Source: Candidatus Fermentibacterota bacterium (lineage in GTDB: Bacteria; JAFGKV01). Taken from it: a stretch of 64,000 nucleotides of DNA. This document shows positions 9,963 through 19,096 of the stretch, in pieces. The position numbers and the translations under genes are program-made. Position 1 is the first letter of the stretch. Each line of letters starts with the position of its first letter. The stretch lies in assembly GCA_030620115.1 (NCBI GenBank), contig JAUXFG010000001.1:9677-73676 (forward strand), written 5' to 3'. The notes under the pieces are model-generated. The model saw only the letters and a list, made by a program, of their open reading frames with translations, was not told the origin of the DNA and did not search any database.

Positions 9963-10040
9963 GGGCGATTAGCTCAGTTTGGTTAGAGCGCTTGCTCGAC
10001 ACGCAAGAGGCCACTGGTTCAAGTCCAGTATCGCCCACCA
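9963..10040 (+). tRNA. tRNA-Val (anticodon GAC); position 33 reads C rather than the usual U
   Basis: Acceptor GGGCGAT/ATCGCCC, D-arm GCTC-AGTTTGGTTA-GAGC, anticodon stem CTTGC/GCAAG with loop TC-GAC-AC, T-arm ACTGG-TTCAAGT-CCAGT, and an encoded CCA. Confidence 0.7.
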
Positions 10041-10137
10041 GGTAGCAATTGAGCCGTCGGTCTTTTGACCGTCGGTTTGGCAGGCTGTGCGGAAGTCACA
10101 GCCATCATTCAAATAAGGAGAGGATAGCGCATTAAAT

Positions 10138-10686
10138 ATGGTGAGGAGGTGGAAGCCCGAAGGTGAAACGGATCGGGTCAAGATCAACCGCATGATTAAG
10201 GCCGCGCAGGTCAGGGTGATCGGCGCTGATGGAAGCCAGGTAGGCGTGATGCCTACGCGCGAGGCAATATTGATCGCAGAGGAGCAGGGATTGGATCTTG
10301 TGGAGGTGGCTCCCAAAGCGAAGCCTCCTGTGTGCAAGATAGTCGACTATGGAAAATTTCGTTATGAGCGCACGAGAAGGGAACGGATTGCCCGCAAGAA
10401 GCAGCATACCGTAGATGTGAAGGAGATCAGGCTTCGTCCCAAGATCGACGATCATGATTACGGATTCAAAGCGAAGAATGCAAAAAAGTTTCTTGAAGCG
10501 CGTAACAAGGTGAAGGTGTCGGTACTGTTCCGTGGTCGCGAGAAGAGCCATTCAGAGCGGGGTCGTGTGCTCCTCGATAGGTTTGCCGCAGATCTGGCGG
10601 AGGTGGCTGTCATTGAGCAGCAGCCGCAACTGGATGGCCGGAGCATGATCATGATCATGGTTCTTGCTCCGCGCTCTGTGAGCTGA
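10138..10686 (+). CDS. infC: translation initiation factor IF-3
   Basis: Motifs INRMIKAAQVRVIGADGSQVGVMPTREAILIAEEQGLDLVEVAP...CKIVDYGKFRYE, and a conserved infC-rpmI-rplT order. Confidence 0.85.
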   Translation: MVRRWKPEGETDRVKINRMIKAAQVRVIGADGSQVGVMPTREAILIAEEQGLDLVEVAPKAKPPVCKIVDYGKFRYERTRRERIARKKQHTVDVKEIRLRPKIDDHDYGFKAKNAKKFLEARNKVKVSVLFRGREKSHSERGRVLLDRFAADLAEVAVIEQQPQLDGRSMIMIMVLAPRSVS

Positions 10687-10793
10687 ATCAACTGATCCGT
10701 CTCTCCTAAGGTCGCCTTCCTTCCCCCTACGCTATTCGTTATCTACCATTTTTTGCCCCGGCTGCGAGGAGCCGGCTTACGTGGAGTTGTCTT

Positions 10794-10988
10794 ATGCCAA
10801 AAATCAAGACGAACCGCGCGGCGGCCAAGCGTTTCAGAACGACAGGAACTGGCAAGATCAGGCGATACCATTCCCATGCCAGTCATATTTTGACGAAGAA
10901 GTCTGCCAAGAGGAAACGCGGACTTCGTAAGGGAGCGCTCATAAGTGATGCCGAAGAAAAGCGCGTGCGGAGGCTGATCGTTTGCTGA
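10794..10988 (+). CDS. rpmI: 50S ribosomal protein L35
   Basis: [24 protein letters not shown]... in a 64-aa protein. Confidence 0.9.
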   Translation: MPKIKTNRAAAKRFRTTGTGKIRRYHSHASHILTKKSAKRKRGLRKGALISDAEEKRVRRLIVC

Positions 10989-11000
10989 GGAGGTGATAGA

Positions 11001-11363
11001 TTGTCGCGATCACAGGTACGGGTTCCTTCCCGTGCGAGACGGAAGGAAGTTCTGCGCCTCGCCAAGGGTTTTCGGGGAGGACGTGGACGTTTGTATCGCC
11101 CTGCCGTCGAATCTCTGCTCAGAGCGGGCCAATTTGCCTATCGAGATCGTAGGCGGAGGAAACGGGATTTTCGAAGACTCTGGATAGCCAGAATCAATGC
11201 GGCCACACGGGCCAATGGTATGAGCTATTCTCTGTTCATCCATGGGCTCGACACTGCGGGGATTAGGTTGGACCGGAAACAACTGGCTGATTTGGCGGTG
11301 AGAGAGCCGGAGGCCTTTACGCAGGTAGTGAAAACCGCACAAGAAGCGTTGGCTCCAGAATAG
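11001..11363 (+). CDS. rplT: 50S ribosomal protein L20
   Basis: Motifs [21 protein letters not shown]...[19 protein letters not shown]. Confidence 0.9.
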   Translation: MSRSQVRVPSRARRKEVLRLAKGFRGGRGRLYRPAVESLLRAGQFAYRDRRRRKRDFRRLWIARINAATRANGMSYSLFIHGLDTAGIRLDRKQLADLAVREPEAFTQVVKTAQEALAPE

Positions 11364-11373
11364 TAGGTCACCA

Positions 11374-11697
11374 GTGGATCAACGTGATGCACCTCTGCTG
11401 GCAATACCGCTTGAGAAGTGGGAACAGTTGGAGGATTTGACTGCATCACTGAGAGCCATGTGTGCACGGCTCGTAATGGAGCAGAAGCAACTGAAAGGGC
11501 AGCTTGAGCGAACCATTGCGGAACTTGATCGCAAAAGGATCCTGAACGAGGAATTGGAAGAGAAGCGGCTGGAGGCCGATCATTTCCTCGCCCATAGAGA
11601 CAATATTCGGCAGAAACTGGATGGGCTGCTCTCACGACTGGATGTCCTAGAACTCCCCGAAGGAATCATGGCTATGCTCTCGGACAATGCATCGTAA
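11374..11697 (+). CDS. coiled-coil protein, possibly ZapB-like cell-division factor
   Basis: Heptad-rich E/L/K/R composition in a 107-aa protein lying immediately upstream of the zapA-like gene. Confidence 0.3.
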   Translation: MDQRDAPLLAIPLEKWEQLEDLTASLRAMCARLVMEQKQLKGQLERTIAELDRKRILNEELEEKRLEADHFLAHRDNIRQKLDGLLSRLDVLELPEGIMAMLSDNAS

Positions 11698-11706
11698 GGA
11701 AGAAGC

Positions 11707-12003
11707 ATGGGTGAACCAATAAAATTCGCGATGATGGGGCAGGAATATGTCATATCGGGGAATATAGAACCCAACTATATCGCTGAGCTTGCGAATTTTG
11801 TTGATAGAAGTACGAAGGAATTACGTGCAAAATCGAGTGGAATGTCGAGTGAAAGATTAGCAGTTCTTGCGGCGATGAATATCGCTGATGAGTTGTTTTC
11901 CTTAAGACAAGAGCTTGAGGAGGCAAAGGAGCGTGCTGGAAGTAGGGTCGATAGATTGATATCGGAGATGAGAGCCGATCTGGACGTGACGAGTGAAAAG
12001 TAG
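11707..12003 (+). CDS. zapA: cell division protein ZapA
   Basis: An IKFAMMGQEYVISGNIEPNYIAELANFVD start and a C-terminal coiled coil in a 98-aa protein. Confidence 0.6.
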   Translation: MGEPIKFAMMGQEYVISGNIEPNYIAELANFVDRSTKELRAKSSGMSSERLAVLAAMNIADELFSLRQELEEAKERAGSRVDRLISEMRADLDVTSEK

Positions 12004-12049
12004 AATAATCAGGCAAGATTATCATTTCAAATATCGGATTCACAAGGTC

Positions 12050-12235
12050 AAGAGTTCCCTGTCGTGTTTGTGAAGCTTGGGCATGTTTTGAGCCAACACT
12101 TGAACCGACGGGGTTCAACGTGGACACTTCTGAAAAGGCCCGCTCTCCGGGCATGGAGCGCTCTGCGGCGATCCCCACTTTTTGATTCAGGTTCAAGACA
12201 GACCCAACGCACGGCATTGATACGGGGGACTCTTT
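12050..12235 (+). ncRNA. candidate 6S RNA (SsrS)-like structured RNA
   Basis: A 275-bp non-coding gap after zapA, which is the classic ssrS position. An 11-bp closing helix GAGTTCCCTGT (12050-12060) pairs with ACGGGGGACTC (12222-12232) and is followed by a U-run. Confidence 0.3.
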
Positions 12236-12331
12236 TTTTTGCGCCCGTGGTTATGGGTTCTGGGCTGAATCACTCCTTTGGGAGCGCAGTCCCGGTACGA
12301 GCCCGACACCCGGGACATAGGGGAATCTCTG

Positions 12332-13900
12332 ATGATGGTGCATTACGGAATACTCGCAGCAGTGGCGGTGGTGTTGTCCTTCCTGGGCTTTCTGTTCGGG
12401 ATGTGGTGGAAGAGACTCAGCGACGAACGTCGTATGGCCAGCGTCAAGCAGCTGGCGGACAGGATTCTCGACGAAGCCCGCAGAGATGCGGAAGTACAAA
12501 AACGAGAAGCCGCCCTGGAGGCCAAGGATCGTTGGTATCAGGCCAAGTCGGCATTTGAGAGCGAAACAAAGGGGCGGCGCAAAGAGATAGAGACCCTCTC
12601 GAAGAAGCTTACTGAAAGAGAGTTCAATCTCGAACGCAAAGCTGATATCCTCAGCAAGAAGGAGCGCGAGTTTACCAATAGGGTGAAAGCCTTGTTGACG
12701 AAAGAGCGTGTCGTCAAACAGAAGGAGGAGAGACTCAGCGAGGTTCTTGCAGAGCAGAACCGTTGTCTTGAGCGCATTGCCGGCATGACCGAGTCTGAGG
12801 CAAAACGCCAGCTCATGGGGAACCTGGAAGAGGAGGCGAGAAAGACGGTTGCGCGAACGGTCAAGGCTATCAAGGATCGGGCCATTGAGACTGCGAACAA
12901 AGAGGCCAAGAAAATCATCAGCCTCGCCATACAGCGATGTGCCGCTGAGCACGTCACCGAGTCCACAGTGACCGTGGTAACTCTGCCATCCGACGAGATG
13001 AAGGGCAGAATTATTGGCCGAGAAGGCCGGAACATCAGAGCGTTCGAGACTGCAACCGGTGTGGACGTCGTGGTGGACGATACTCCAGAGGCGGTGGCCT
13101 TGTCCGCATTTGATCCAATCCGAAGGGAAGTCGCCAGGATTTCAATGGAACGACTCCTGGAGGACGGCCGCATCCATCCCACCAAGATCGAAGAAATCGT
13201 CAAGAAGGTCAGTCTGGAGATGGAAGAGAAGATTCGTGAGGCAGGGGAGCACGCTGCAATGGAGGTTGGCGTTCACGGGCTTCATCCCGAGCTCGTCCGT
13301 CTTCTTGGAAGATTGCGCTACCGCACGAGTTATGGTCAGAACGTACTAGTTCACTCCAAGGAGACGGCCATCATCGCCGGCATCATGGCCTCCGAGCTTG
13401 GGTTTGATGCGGCGCTCGCTCGGCGGGGGGGATTGCTCCACGACATCGGCAAAGCTTTGGATCACACTGTTGACGGGACCCATACGCAGATCGGCACCGA
13501 GTATGTGCAGAGGTACGGTGAGAATCCCGTGGTGGTGAACTGCGTTGCCGCCCACCATGAAGAGACGGATTTCGAGACCCCCATGGCGGTGCTCGTACAG
13601 GCGGCGGACGCCATCAGCGGGGCGAGGCCGGGCGCCCGGCGTGAGTTGTTGGAGACCTACGTGAAGCGTTTGGAGAAGCTCGAAGAGATCGGGGATTCCT
13701 TCGAAGGAGTCGAAAAGGCATACGCCATTCAGGCGGGAAGAGAAATCCGGGTCATTGTCTGCCATACCTTGATTGACGACGTCGGCGCAGAACAGCTGGC
13801 TTCATCCGTGGCACAAAAGATAGAGCAGCAAATGGAGTATCCCGGTCAGATCAAGATCACCGTCATCAGGGAAACCCGCGCGGTGGAATACGCTAGGTAA
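12332..13900 (+). CDS. rny: ribonuclease Y
   Basis: N-terminal TM helix, coiled-coil region, KH domain ([21 protein letters not shown]) and HD domain ([11 protein letters not shown]). The Met at 12332 follows a GGGGA RBS. Confidence 0.9.
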   Translation: MMVHYGILAAVAVVLSFLGFLFGMWWKRLSDERRMASVKQLADRILDEARRDAEVQKREAALEAKDRWYQAKSAFESETKGRRKEIETLSKKLTEREFNLERKADILSKKEREFTNRVKALLTKERVVKQKEERLSEVLAEQNRCLERIAGMTESEAKRQLMGNLEEEARKTVARTVKAIKDRAIETANKEAKKIISLAIQRCAAEHVTESTVTVVTLPSDEMKGRIIGREGRNIRAFETATGVDVVVDDTPEAVALSAFDPIRREVARISMERLLEDGRIHPTKIEEIVKKVSLEMEEKIREAGEHAAMEVGVHGLHPELVRLLGRLRYRTSYGQNVLVHSKETAIIAGIMASELGFDAALARRGGLLHDIGKALDHTVDGTHTQIGTEYVQRYGENPVVVNCVAAHHEETDFETPMAVLVQAADAISGARPGARRELLETYVKRLEKLEEIGDSFEGVEKAYAIQAGREIRVIVCHTLIDDVGAEQLASSVAQKIEQQMEYPGQIKITVIRETRAVEYAR

Positions 13901-13904
13901 GATC

Positions 13905-15182
13905 TTGAGCACAAACGACCGATGCCCGAACGGAGAGAATGACCCAAAGAGCGATTCCGCAGAAGCCTCAGGCAGTGTATTCTGGCTCACCGTAAGCCAG
14001 CTCACTGGGCACGTGAAGAGGTGCCTGGAGGAGTCTGTTCTGCCTACATGGGTAAAGGGCGAACTCTCCAATGTGAAGCTGCATCGTCCGTCAGGCCACC
14101 TTTACTTCTCCTTGAAGGATGAGGGGGCCGTGCTCCGCTGTGTCATGTTTCGGCGGAGCGTAGCGGGTATCGGCTTCGAACCTATGGAGGGGGAGGATGT
14201 CCTCGCCTTCGGAAGGGTGACGGTTTACGAACGGCACGGTCAGTATCAACTCCTCGTTGATGATCTGGTCCCCGCAGGCACGAAGGGGTTGGCAGCTCTT
14301 CAGCTGGAACGTCTCAAAGAACGATTGGCCGGGGAGGGGCTGTTCGATTCTGCCAGGAAGAAGGAACTCCCGGCGTTTCCTGCGGTGGTGGGCGTGGTCA
14401 CATCGCCCACAGGCGCGGCATTACGAGATATCATCCGCGTCACGCGGCGTCGATGGCCTGCGGCCCGAATTCTCCTCTCGCCCGCACAGGTGCAGGGAAG
14501 TGATGCGCCTAGGACTCTGGCCAAGGCGATTGAACTGCAGAACATGGCCGGGCTTGCGGATGTCCTGATCGTGGGAAGAGGCGGCGGTGCTCGGGAAGAT
14601 CTGTCGGCATTCAATGAAGAGATCGTGGTTCGGGCCATCGCTGCATCTGCTATCCCCATCGTCTCCGCGGTGGGACACGAAACCGACACGACCCTGGCGG
14701 ATCTGGCGGCCGACGTTCGTGCACCAACACCCTCGGCGGCCGCCGAGCGTGCCGTTCCCGAGGGGAGAGACTTGACATTGCGCGTTTTCTCTCTCGGAGG
14801 CAGGATTGAACGAGCCATGGGTATGAAGCTTGAGCTTCTTGGAGAGAAACTCCGAAGACTTCAAGGGAGCCATGGGTTGCGGGGACCGCGCTATCTTGTG
14901 CAAGAAAAAGCCCTGCGATTCGACGAGCTTGGATCTCGCCTGAAGGCAGTGATGGACGGGCAGCTGAATCAGCTGGAAACGAGATTCACAGGACTGGACG
15001 AGCGGCTGGCTGCCTTGAATCCTATGGCCGTTCTCCAGCGCGGGTACACACTCTGTGTGGACCCACGGTCTCGAGCGCTCCTTGCACGGGCCAAAGAGGT
15101 CCAGACTGGGCAGCTTCTGGAGGTTGTATTCTCGGATGGAGAGGTGACATGTCAGGCGATAAAAACAACTCAACCGACATAA
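13905..15182 (+). CDS. xseA: exodeoxyribonuclease VII large subunit
   Basis: OB-fold N-terminus (LKDEGAVLRCVMF) followed by the conserved catalytic region. Confidence 0.9.
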   Translation: MSTNDRCPNGENDPKSDSAEASGSVFWLTVSQLTGHVKRCLEESVLPTWVKGELSNVKLHRPSGHLYFSLKDEGAVLRCVMFRRSVAGIGFEPMEGEDVLAFGRVTVYERHGQYQLLVDDLVPAGTKGLAALQLERLKERLAGEGLFDSARKKELPAFPAVVGVVTSPTGAALRDIIRVTRRRWPAARILLSPAQVQGSDAPRTLAKAIELQNMAGLADVLIVGRGGGAREDLSAFNEEIVVRAIAASAIPIVSAVGHETDTTLADLAADVRAPTPSAAAERAVPEGRDLTLRVFSLGGRIERAMGMKLELLGEKLRRLQGSHGLRGPRYLVQEKALRFDELGSRLKAVMDGQLNQLETRFTGLDERLAALNPMAVLQRGYTLCVDPRSRALLARAKEVQTGQLLEVVFSDGEVTCQAIKTTQPT

Positions 15183-15415
15183 TCGGACCAGAGATCAGAG
15201 AGTTTGACGCCCGCCTGAAGAGGCTGGAGGAAGTTGTCGCACAGCTTGAGCGAGGAGGAGTGCCACTCGAAGAATCGCTGAAGCTGTTCGAGGAAGGCAT
15301 GGGTCTTCTCAAGAAGCTTCAGCGTGTGCTGGAGCTGGTAGAAGTGAGGATCGATGAGCTGGTAGATCATGGGGAAGAGAAGCTGGGAACTAGACCTCTC
15401 GAAATCTCCGACTGA
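15149..15415 (+). CDS. xseB: exodeoxyribonuclease VII small subunit
   Basis: FDARLKRLEEVVAQLERGGVPLEESLKLFEEGMGL... in an 88-aa protein. Confidence 0.85.
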   Translation: MSGDKNNSTDIIGPEIREFDARLKRLEEVVAQLERGGVPLEESLKLFEEGMGLLKKLQRVLELVEVRIDELVDHGEEKLGTRPLEISD

Positions 15416-15440
15416 ACTCCTCGCACACATCGGGGCCCGG

Positions 15441-16295
15441 ATGGATACGTTCTTCGAGGAAGAATTGGCCGGGCTTCTGGGAGGTGAAACGTATCTGGCG
15501 GAAGCAGCCCGGTACATGCTGCGGGGAGGGGGAAAGCGTGTGCGTCCCGCCCTGGTGATACTGTCAGCATGGAGCTGCCGTGGCCCTATGGCCATTGACT
15601 TCAACGCTCTTCTTGCGCTTGCTGCCGCCACAGAGCTCATGCATACCTACTCCCTGGTGCATGACGATTTGCCATGCATGGACGACGATGATACGCGGCG
15701 AGGGAGGCCCTCCTGCCATGTGATGTTCGGCGTCGAAAGCGCTGTCTGGGCAGGAGATAGCCTCCAGATGGAGGCTATCAGATTGCTTCATGCGAGCTTG
15801 CACAAGCCGGCACTATTGAGAGATGCTGTTGGAGTCCTTGCCAAGGGGTGTGGATTCCAGGGGATGGTGGGAGGTCAGTGGCTCGATCTGTTGTGGGAAG
15901 GAACAGAGCCGACGTGGGAGAAGGTGAAGCGCATTCATGCTCAGAAAACCGCGGCGCTTATGTCTTCGTGCGGTGAGCTCGGGGCGCTGGCGGGGAATGC
16001 GGATCAGGAAGAACGGTACATACTTCGACGATTTGGGTGCAACGTGGGGTTGGCCTTCCAGGCCATCGATGATCTGTTGGATGTGGTGGGCGACGAATCG
16101 ACCGTGGGGAAACGAACAGGGAAAGATCTCGCTGCGGGCAAGATGTCCATGGCCGGCGTCGCCGGCATTACGGAGACCAGGCGTTATGCAGAGGATCTCG
16201 TAGGGAAGATGGTGGCTGATGTGGAGAGGCTGGAAGGAGAAGCCGCACCTTCTCTTGCGGAACTCGCGCGTCATCTGTTGAGAAGAACAAACTGA
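15441..16295 (+). CDS. ispA: polyprenyl (farnesyl/geranylgeranyl) diphosphate synthase
   Basis: First DDxxD motif (LVHDDLPCMDDDDTRRGRP) and second (FQAIDDLLDVVGD). The conserved xseB-ispA-dxs order. The start is taken at the first Met after the xseB stop. Confidence 0.85.
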   Translation: MDTFFEEELAGLLGGETYLAEAARYMLRGGGKRVRPALVILSAWSCRGPMAIDFNALLALAAATELMHTYSLVHDDLPCMDDDDTRRGRPSCHVMFGVESAVWAGDSLQMEAIRLLHASLHKPALLRDAVGVLAKGCGFQGMVGGQWLDLLWEGTEPTWEKVKRIHAQKTAALMSSCGELGALAGNADQEERYILRRFGCNVGLAFQAIDDLLDVVGDESTVGKRTGKDLAAGKMSMAGVAGITETRRYAEDLVGKMVADVERLEGEAAPSLAELARHLLRRTN

Positions 16296-16300
16296 CGGAA

Positions 16301-18214
16301 ATGGATACAAGTCTAGTGAGCAATAGATCCGAACTCCTCAATAGGATCAATTCGCCGGCCGATGTAAAGGAGCTCACTATCCCCCAGCTGCTTCAACTTG
16401 CTCAGGAAATCCGCGAGTTGGTGGTGAAGACTGTCAGCAAGACGGGGGGACACCTTGGTCCGAGCCTAGGGGTTGTTGAGCTTACGCTTGCACTCCACTA
16501 CGTGTACGATTTCGCCGTGGACAGACTGGTGTGGGATGTCGGGCATCAGTGCTATCCCCATAAGCTCCTGACCGGCCGCAGGGAGCAGTTCGCCACGCTG
16601 CGTCAACTGGGGGGCATAAGTGGATTTCCCAAGCGTAGCGAGTCCCTCTATGATCATTTTGGCACCGGACATGCGGGGACCGCTGTCTCTGCGGTGCTTG
16701 GGATGGCGCTGGCCCGGGATGCGTTAGGCAAGGATCATTCCGTGGTAGCCGTGGTAGGAGACGGCGCCGCCACGGAAGGAATGGTATTCGAGGGGCTCAA
16801 TCATGCAGGCGATTCAGCCACTGATATCACCGTAGTGCTCAATGATAATGCATGGTCAATATCACCCAGCGTCGGTGGGTTGAATGAGTACTTGAATCGG
16901 CTCATCACCATGCCTGCTTATCAGAAGCTTCGGGATGAGATGTGGCGCTTCACCGGCGTTCTGCCAACCGAATCCAAGCGAAAGGTTCGCAAGGCGGTGC
17001 ATCGTTTCCAGGAAAGCGTCAAGAACTTGCTGGTGCCGGGGACGCTGTTCGAAGAACTAGGATTTCGCTACATAGGCCCCGTGGATGGGCACAACTGCTC
17101 GGCCCTCATTCGAACCTTCAAATATGTCAAGAATCTGAAGTGCCCTGTGCTCGTTCATGTGATGACACAGAAGGGCCGTGGCTACGCTCCCGCTGAGAGC
17201 GATGGGCAGCGGCTTCATGGCGTGGGACCGTTTGACGTGTCCAAAGCGAAACCGGATATATCAGGCGGCATCACTTTCACCCGAGTGTTTGGCACCACCT
17301 TGGTGGATTTTGCCAAAGAGCGTAGTAATGTGTTTGCCATCACAGCCGCCATGCCTGTGGGCACGGGGCTGCAATTTTTCGCTGATGCCTATCCCGATCG
17401 TTTTATTGATGTAGGGATTGCGGAGCAACATGCCGTCACCTTGGCGGCGGGGATGGCGGCAGAAGGCCTCAAGCCCGTGGTGGCCATTTATTCGTCGTTT
17501 TTGCAGCGGGCATATGATCAGGTCATTCATGATGTGTGTCTGCAAAAGCTTCCCGTGGCCCTTTTTCTGGACAGGGCGGGACTCGTTGGGGAGGACGGCC
17601 CTACCCACCATGGCGCCTATGATCTCAGTTATCTCAGGCCGATTCCGGATCTTGTACTCATCTCGCCGGCTGACGAAGCCGAATTGCAGCGAGCCATGGC
17701 CTTCGCACTCAATTTTGATTCCGGCCCCGTGGCGGTACGGTTTCCCCGCGGAAAAGGCCCAGGAATCGCCTTGGAAGAGCCGATCTCTGCTTTTCCTCTT
17801 GGCAAAGGAAGGCTCCTAAGGCAGGGGCATGGAGTGGCCATTATCGGCGTGGGGCCTGTGGTGTACGAAGGGCTGAAGGCAGCCGAATTGCTCGTAGAAG
17901 CGGGAATCGACATAGCAGTTGTCGACGCCCGATTCGTGAAGCCTCTGGATGAAGAGCTTTTGCTCGATATTGGGAAGAGGAGCAGGCTGATCCTTACCAT
18001 TGAGGATAATGTATTGGCCGGCGGGTTTGGGAGCGCGATCCGGGAACTCTACGGCGAGAAACTTCCCCTTCCGCCGAGAATGGTATCGATTGGGCTGCCT
18101 GACCGATTCGTGCAGCATGGGGATGTGACCATACTGCGCGATATGATGGGGTTGAGTGCGGAAAAGATCACCGAGAGAGTGAGAGAAGAACTCGCGGCAG
18201 ACGGTGAGGAATGA
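16301..18214 (+). CDS. dxs: 1-deoxy-D-xylulose-5-phosphate synthase
   Basis: 637 aa with a TPP-binding GGHLGPSLGVVELTLALHYVYD block and transketolase-like domains. Confidence 0.95.
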   Translation: MDTSLVSNRSELLNRINSPADVKELTIPQLLQLAQEIRELVVKTVSKTGGHLGPSLGVVELTLALHYVYDFAVDRLVWDVGHQCYPHKLLTGRREQFATLRQLGGISGFPKRSESLYDHFGTGHAGTAVSAVLGMALARDALGKDHSVVAVVGDGAATEGMVFEGLNHAGDSATDITVVLNDNAWSISPSVGGLNEYLNRLITMPAYQKLRDEMWRFTGVLPTESKRKVRKAVHRFQESVKNLLVPGTLFEELGFRYIGPVDGHNCSALIRTFKYVKNLKCPVLVHVMTQKGRGYAPAESDGQRLHGVGPFDVSKAKPDISGGITFTRVFGTTLVDFAKERSNVFAITAAMPVGTGLQFFADAYPDRFIDVGIAEQHAVTLAAGMAAEGLKPVVAIYSSFLQRAYDQVIHDVCLQKLPVALFLDRAGLVGEDGPTHHGAYDLSYLRPIPDLVLISPADEAELQRAMAFALNFDSGPVAVRFPRGKGPGIALEEPISAFPLGKGRLLRQGHGVAIIGVGPVVYEGLKAAELLVEAGIDIAVVDARFVKPLDEELLLDIGKRSRLILTIEDNVLAGGFGSAIRELYGEKLPLPPRMVSIGLPDRFVQHGDVTILRDMMGLSAEKITERVREELAADGEE

Positions 18215-19095
18215 GGAATAGTTTCTCCCTGGGGTTGGTGGTAAACCTCGCGCGCCCCGGGGCACTTGAGCTCCTGGGGGAGGTGCGGCGTTGGGCAGGA
18301 GCGAAGCACGCAGACCTCGTGCTGGGAGATGTGGGTTTCGGCTATCCCCCCGGCGATGAGAAGAAACTACCGGTGACGGAGATGTCGGGGTTCTGTGATG
18401 CAGTTCTCGTGATCGGTGGCGACGGGACGATACTGAGAGCCGCGCCGCTTGTGGCTCCGTTGGCTATTCCTCTGGTTGCGGTGAACACAGGTGACTTCGG
18501 CTTCTTGGCCACTGCCGAGAGCGAAGAGATCGAAGATCTTCTGGAGGAATTGCTGGCGGGGAGCCTCAGGGAGGAGTCTCGTTGCCTTCTCGATGCCCAT
18601 TTCGATGCGACTCATGGTTCCCGGGATGTCCTTGCATTGAATGACATCGTCATGCATAGAGGAGAAGAGGCCAAAATCGTGAAGCTCCAGGTCATGGTGG
18701 GAGATGAGTTGGTGAGTAGGTTTGCTGCCGATGGGGTCATTGTTTCGACACCCACCGGCTCAACCGCCTACAGTCTCTCGGCCGGTGGCCCGGTGTTTCA
18801 TCCCGGAGTCGACGCCTTGGCCATCACCCCACTCTGTGCGCACACGCTTGCCATGAGGCCGGCGGTGGTGTCGGGGAACGCGAAGATCACTCTGAAGGTT
18901 CTGGCCTACGAAGGCGGGGACGTTCTCGTGCTGGCTGATGGCCAGGTGGTGGCGAATCTTGGGATAGGCGATGAGGTGATCGTTGAGAGATCCCAACACC
19001 GGGTCCGTCTGCTCCTGAGGAAGGAGCGATCTTTTTACCAAGTACTGAGGGCGAAACTCGGATGGGCTGGAGCCCGGGATTTCGGGGAGATCTGA
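18211..19095 (+). CDS. nadK: NAD(+) kinase
   Basis: GGDGTILRAA and NDIVMHRG...DGVIVSTPTGSTAYSLSAGGP motifs. Overlaps the dxs stop (ATGA). Confidence 0.9.
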   Translation: MRNSFSLGLVVNLARPGALELLGEVRRWAGAKHADLVLGDVGFGYPPGDEKKLPVTEMSGFCDAVLVIGGDGTILRAAPLVAPLAIPLVAVNTGDFGFLATAESEEIEDLLEELLAGSLREESRCLLDAHFDATHGSRDVLALNDIVMHRGEEAKIVKLQVMVGDELVSRFAADGVIVSTPTGSTAYSLSAGGPVFHPGVDALAITPLCAHTLAMRPAVVSGNAKITLKVLAYEGGDVLVLADGQVVANLGIGDEVIVERSQHRVRLLLRKERSFYQVLRAKLGWAGARDFGEI

Positions 19096-19096
19096 C

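Noticed and set aside
10040-10137. Direct repeat ccgtcggt x2 and a GGCTGTG-N7-CACAGCC hairpin upstream of infC
   Set aside because: Possibly part of the IF3/L20 autoregulatory leader, but there is too little evidence to call a specific regulatory feature.
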